From: a virus
Lineage: Duplodnaviria > Heunggongvirae > Uroviricota > Caudoviricetes
Reading direction: 5' to 3' (one strand)
Virus record (IMG/VR): IMGVR_UViG_2695420708_000013
Coordinates: 1-17,722 of that record
DNA length: 17,722 nt
The translations under genes and the position numbers were made by a program. Positions 16,695 to 17,722 of this stretch are shown here, piece after piece. Numbering within the stretch: position 1 is the stretch's first letter; the number at the start of each line of letters is the position of its first letter. The notes below the pieces were generated by a model, which did no database searches, was not told the DNA's origin, and saw only the letters and a program-made list of their open reading frames with translations.

Positions 16695-17154
16695 CGCTTT
16701 CCCCCCACGTCACATCCTGGAATACATGCGACCAGTCGCCTTCGGAAGAGGGCAGGCGGGGTTTTGGCTCCGGCAGGTGTTCTGCCTGCGGTGTGCCCTG
16801 ACTGCTGCGCGTGATGCGAACGCGTTCCCGCAGGGGGAGCGTAAACAGGAGATCGGCGCTGTCATCGTCATTGATAACGGCGGAAAATTTGATGTCCTGA
16901 TTACGCTCCGGATTGAGCAACAACTGTGGCTGATTTTCGGATAACCACGCCAGCAGCGGCAGCGTGAGGTCGTCCAGCTCTCCGGCGTAATCCATGACAA
17001 ACATCACTATCTGATAGCGGTAAACAAACGATGGGGTTTCTCCGGTCGTTTCAATGTTGCCGCTCTCCACGAAAATGGTGAATTTTTCCGGGTTGGCATG
17101 ACACCACCGGCATGAACGGGTCATGGCTTCACGCAGGGAATCAGTTTTCAGCAT
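16687..17154 (-). CDS. R: Tail completion protein gpR-like
   Basis: 155 aa, MLKTDSLREAM... resembles P2 gpR; 4-nt overlap arrangement with neighbours. Confidence 0.85.
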   Translation of the reverse strand: MLKTDSLREAMTRSCRWCHANPEKFTIFVESGNIETTGETPSFVYRYQIVMFVMDYAGELDDLTLPLLAWLSENQPQLLLNPERNQDIKFSAVINDDDSADLLFTLPLRERVRITRSSQGTPQAEHLPEPKPRLPSSEGDWSHVFQDVTWGESDG

Positions 17155-17431
17155 GGTTGTTGTCCTCGTTGTTCAGTCGTTGCAGCCTGCGCTGTTCCAG
17201 TAATTCAATGGCCCGCTTATCGGCGTTACAGGTTTCCAGTGCGTCCATGAGGCTGTCGCTCCATATCCCGATGTTTCCCCATGATGGCGTCACCGGAAAC
17301 GGCGGGGGAAGTACGGGGGCGGTCAGCCCTTCCGGGATGAAACGGAACGACGGCGGCGGCGCGGACGCGTTCTGCGTGCTGGTGCAACCGCTCAGTAAAG
17401 CGAGCGTCAGGAACAGCGCGGGCACATGCAT
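17141..17431 (-). CDS. lysC: Rz1-like outer-membrane lipoprotein spanin (P2 LysC-like)
   Basis: Starts MHVPALFLTLALLSGC (signal peptide plus lipobox LSGC), Pro-rich mature part; begins inside lysB in another frame and runs past its end. ORF-track start 17461 is an extension. Confidence 0.6.
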   Translation of the reverse strand: MHVPALFLTLALLSGCTSTQNASAPPPSFRFIPEGLTAPVLPPPFPVTPSWGNIGIWSDSLMDALETCNADKRAIELLEQRRLQRLNNEDNNHAEN

Positions 17432-17678
17432 CTGTCGTGATATCGTTGCGTAGCTGTTCACGTCGGATTTCCCCTTCCTGTTGTCGGTTCTGGCGCGCTG
17501 TCATGACGTCACGCAGTACACCGGATGCGGTGCTGATGATGGTGCCGGCCTCTTTCAGGGTCCGGCTGTAATCGTCCAGTTGCGCCTGTGTATAACGGTT
17601 GTGTCCGTCTTCCTGCCCCAGTCTGAATGTCTGCCAGAGTGTTATGGTCAGCAGCGTGAGGACGGTCAGTGCCATCAT
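17226..17678 (-). CDS. lysB: Rz-like inner-membrane spanin (P2 LysB-like)
   Basis: N-terminal hydrophobic segment ALTVLTLLTITLW followed by charged, helix-prone periplasmic region; overlaps the lipoprotein ORF. Confidence 0.62.
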   Translation of the reverse strand: MMALTVLTLLTITLWQTFRLGQEDGHNRYTQAQLDDYSRTLKEAGTIISTASGVLRDVMTARQNRQQEGEIRREQLRNDITTDACARAVPDARFTERLHQHAERVRAAAVVPFHPGRADRPRTSPAVSGDAIMGKHRDMERQPHGRTGNL

Positions 17679-17722
17679 CAGGATGAGGTAGCCTGAGTTT
17701 AACGGACACTCCTTCCTGAAAT

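Larger units (their letters stand above)
191..17722. mobile_element. P2-like prophage, tail morphogenesis and lysis region (partial, runs off the right edge of the window)
   Basis: Contiguous set of ORFs whose translations match P2 structural proteins (R, S, V, W, J, I, H, G, FI, FII, E, T, U, D) and lysB/lysC, with tight overlaps typical of phage operons. Confidence 0.85.

Noticed and set aside
17509-17709. ORF 17509..17709 (-) with GTG start directly after AGGAAGGAG
   Set aside because: Arg/His/Pro-rich translation overlapping lysB out of frame; SD-to-start spacing too short. The 3' end of an upstream lysis gene probably lies at 17699-17722 but is too short to call.
1-17722. CRISPR arrays, tRNA or rRNA genes, IS elements
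   Set aside because: No short regularly spaced repeats, no cloverleaf-like or rRNA-like segments, and no transposase-like ORF seen; the only recombinase is the serine invertase.

Overview
This window is a P2-like prophage tail and lysis module from an enterobacterial genome. Reading the ORF translations, I recognise homologs of P2 gpR, gpS, gpV, gpW, gpJ, gpI, gpH (tail fibre), gpG (fibre assembly), gpFI (sheath), gpFII (tube), gpE/E' (with the conserved T6G -1 frameshift site), gpT (tape measure), gpU and gpD, plus overlapping Rz/Rz1-like spanin genes. The most interesting region is 7.0-11.9 kb: a Cin/Gin/Pin/Hin-family serine DNA invertase with three 26-bp crossover sites that I found by eye. 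One site lies inverted inside the fibre gene H and two lie in direct repeat near the invertase. The inner pair defines a classic invertible host-range segment carrying alternative fibre C-termini and alternative assembly chaperones. The outer direct-repeat pair brackets a 1.2-kb low-GC cassette carrying a SAM-dependent methyltransferase-like cargo gene with a near-consensus sigma70 promoter and a decayed second invertase copy. This sits where P2 carries its Z/fun accessory locus. Other observations: the FI-FII-E-T-U block is inverted relative to flanking genes and to canonical P2 order, leaving D divergent from FI; gpD and the expressed fibre C-terminus each carry an in-frame TAG; and H has a frame break at the edge of an internal 0.36-kb duplication. 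No rRNA, tRNA or CRISPR array was seen. All homology statements are from memory of these protein families, not from a database search.
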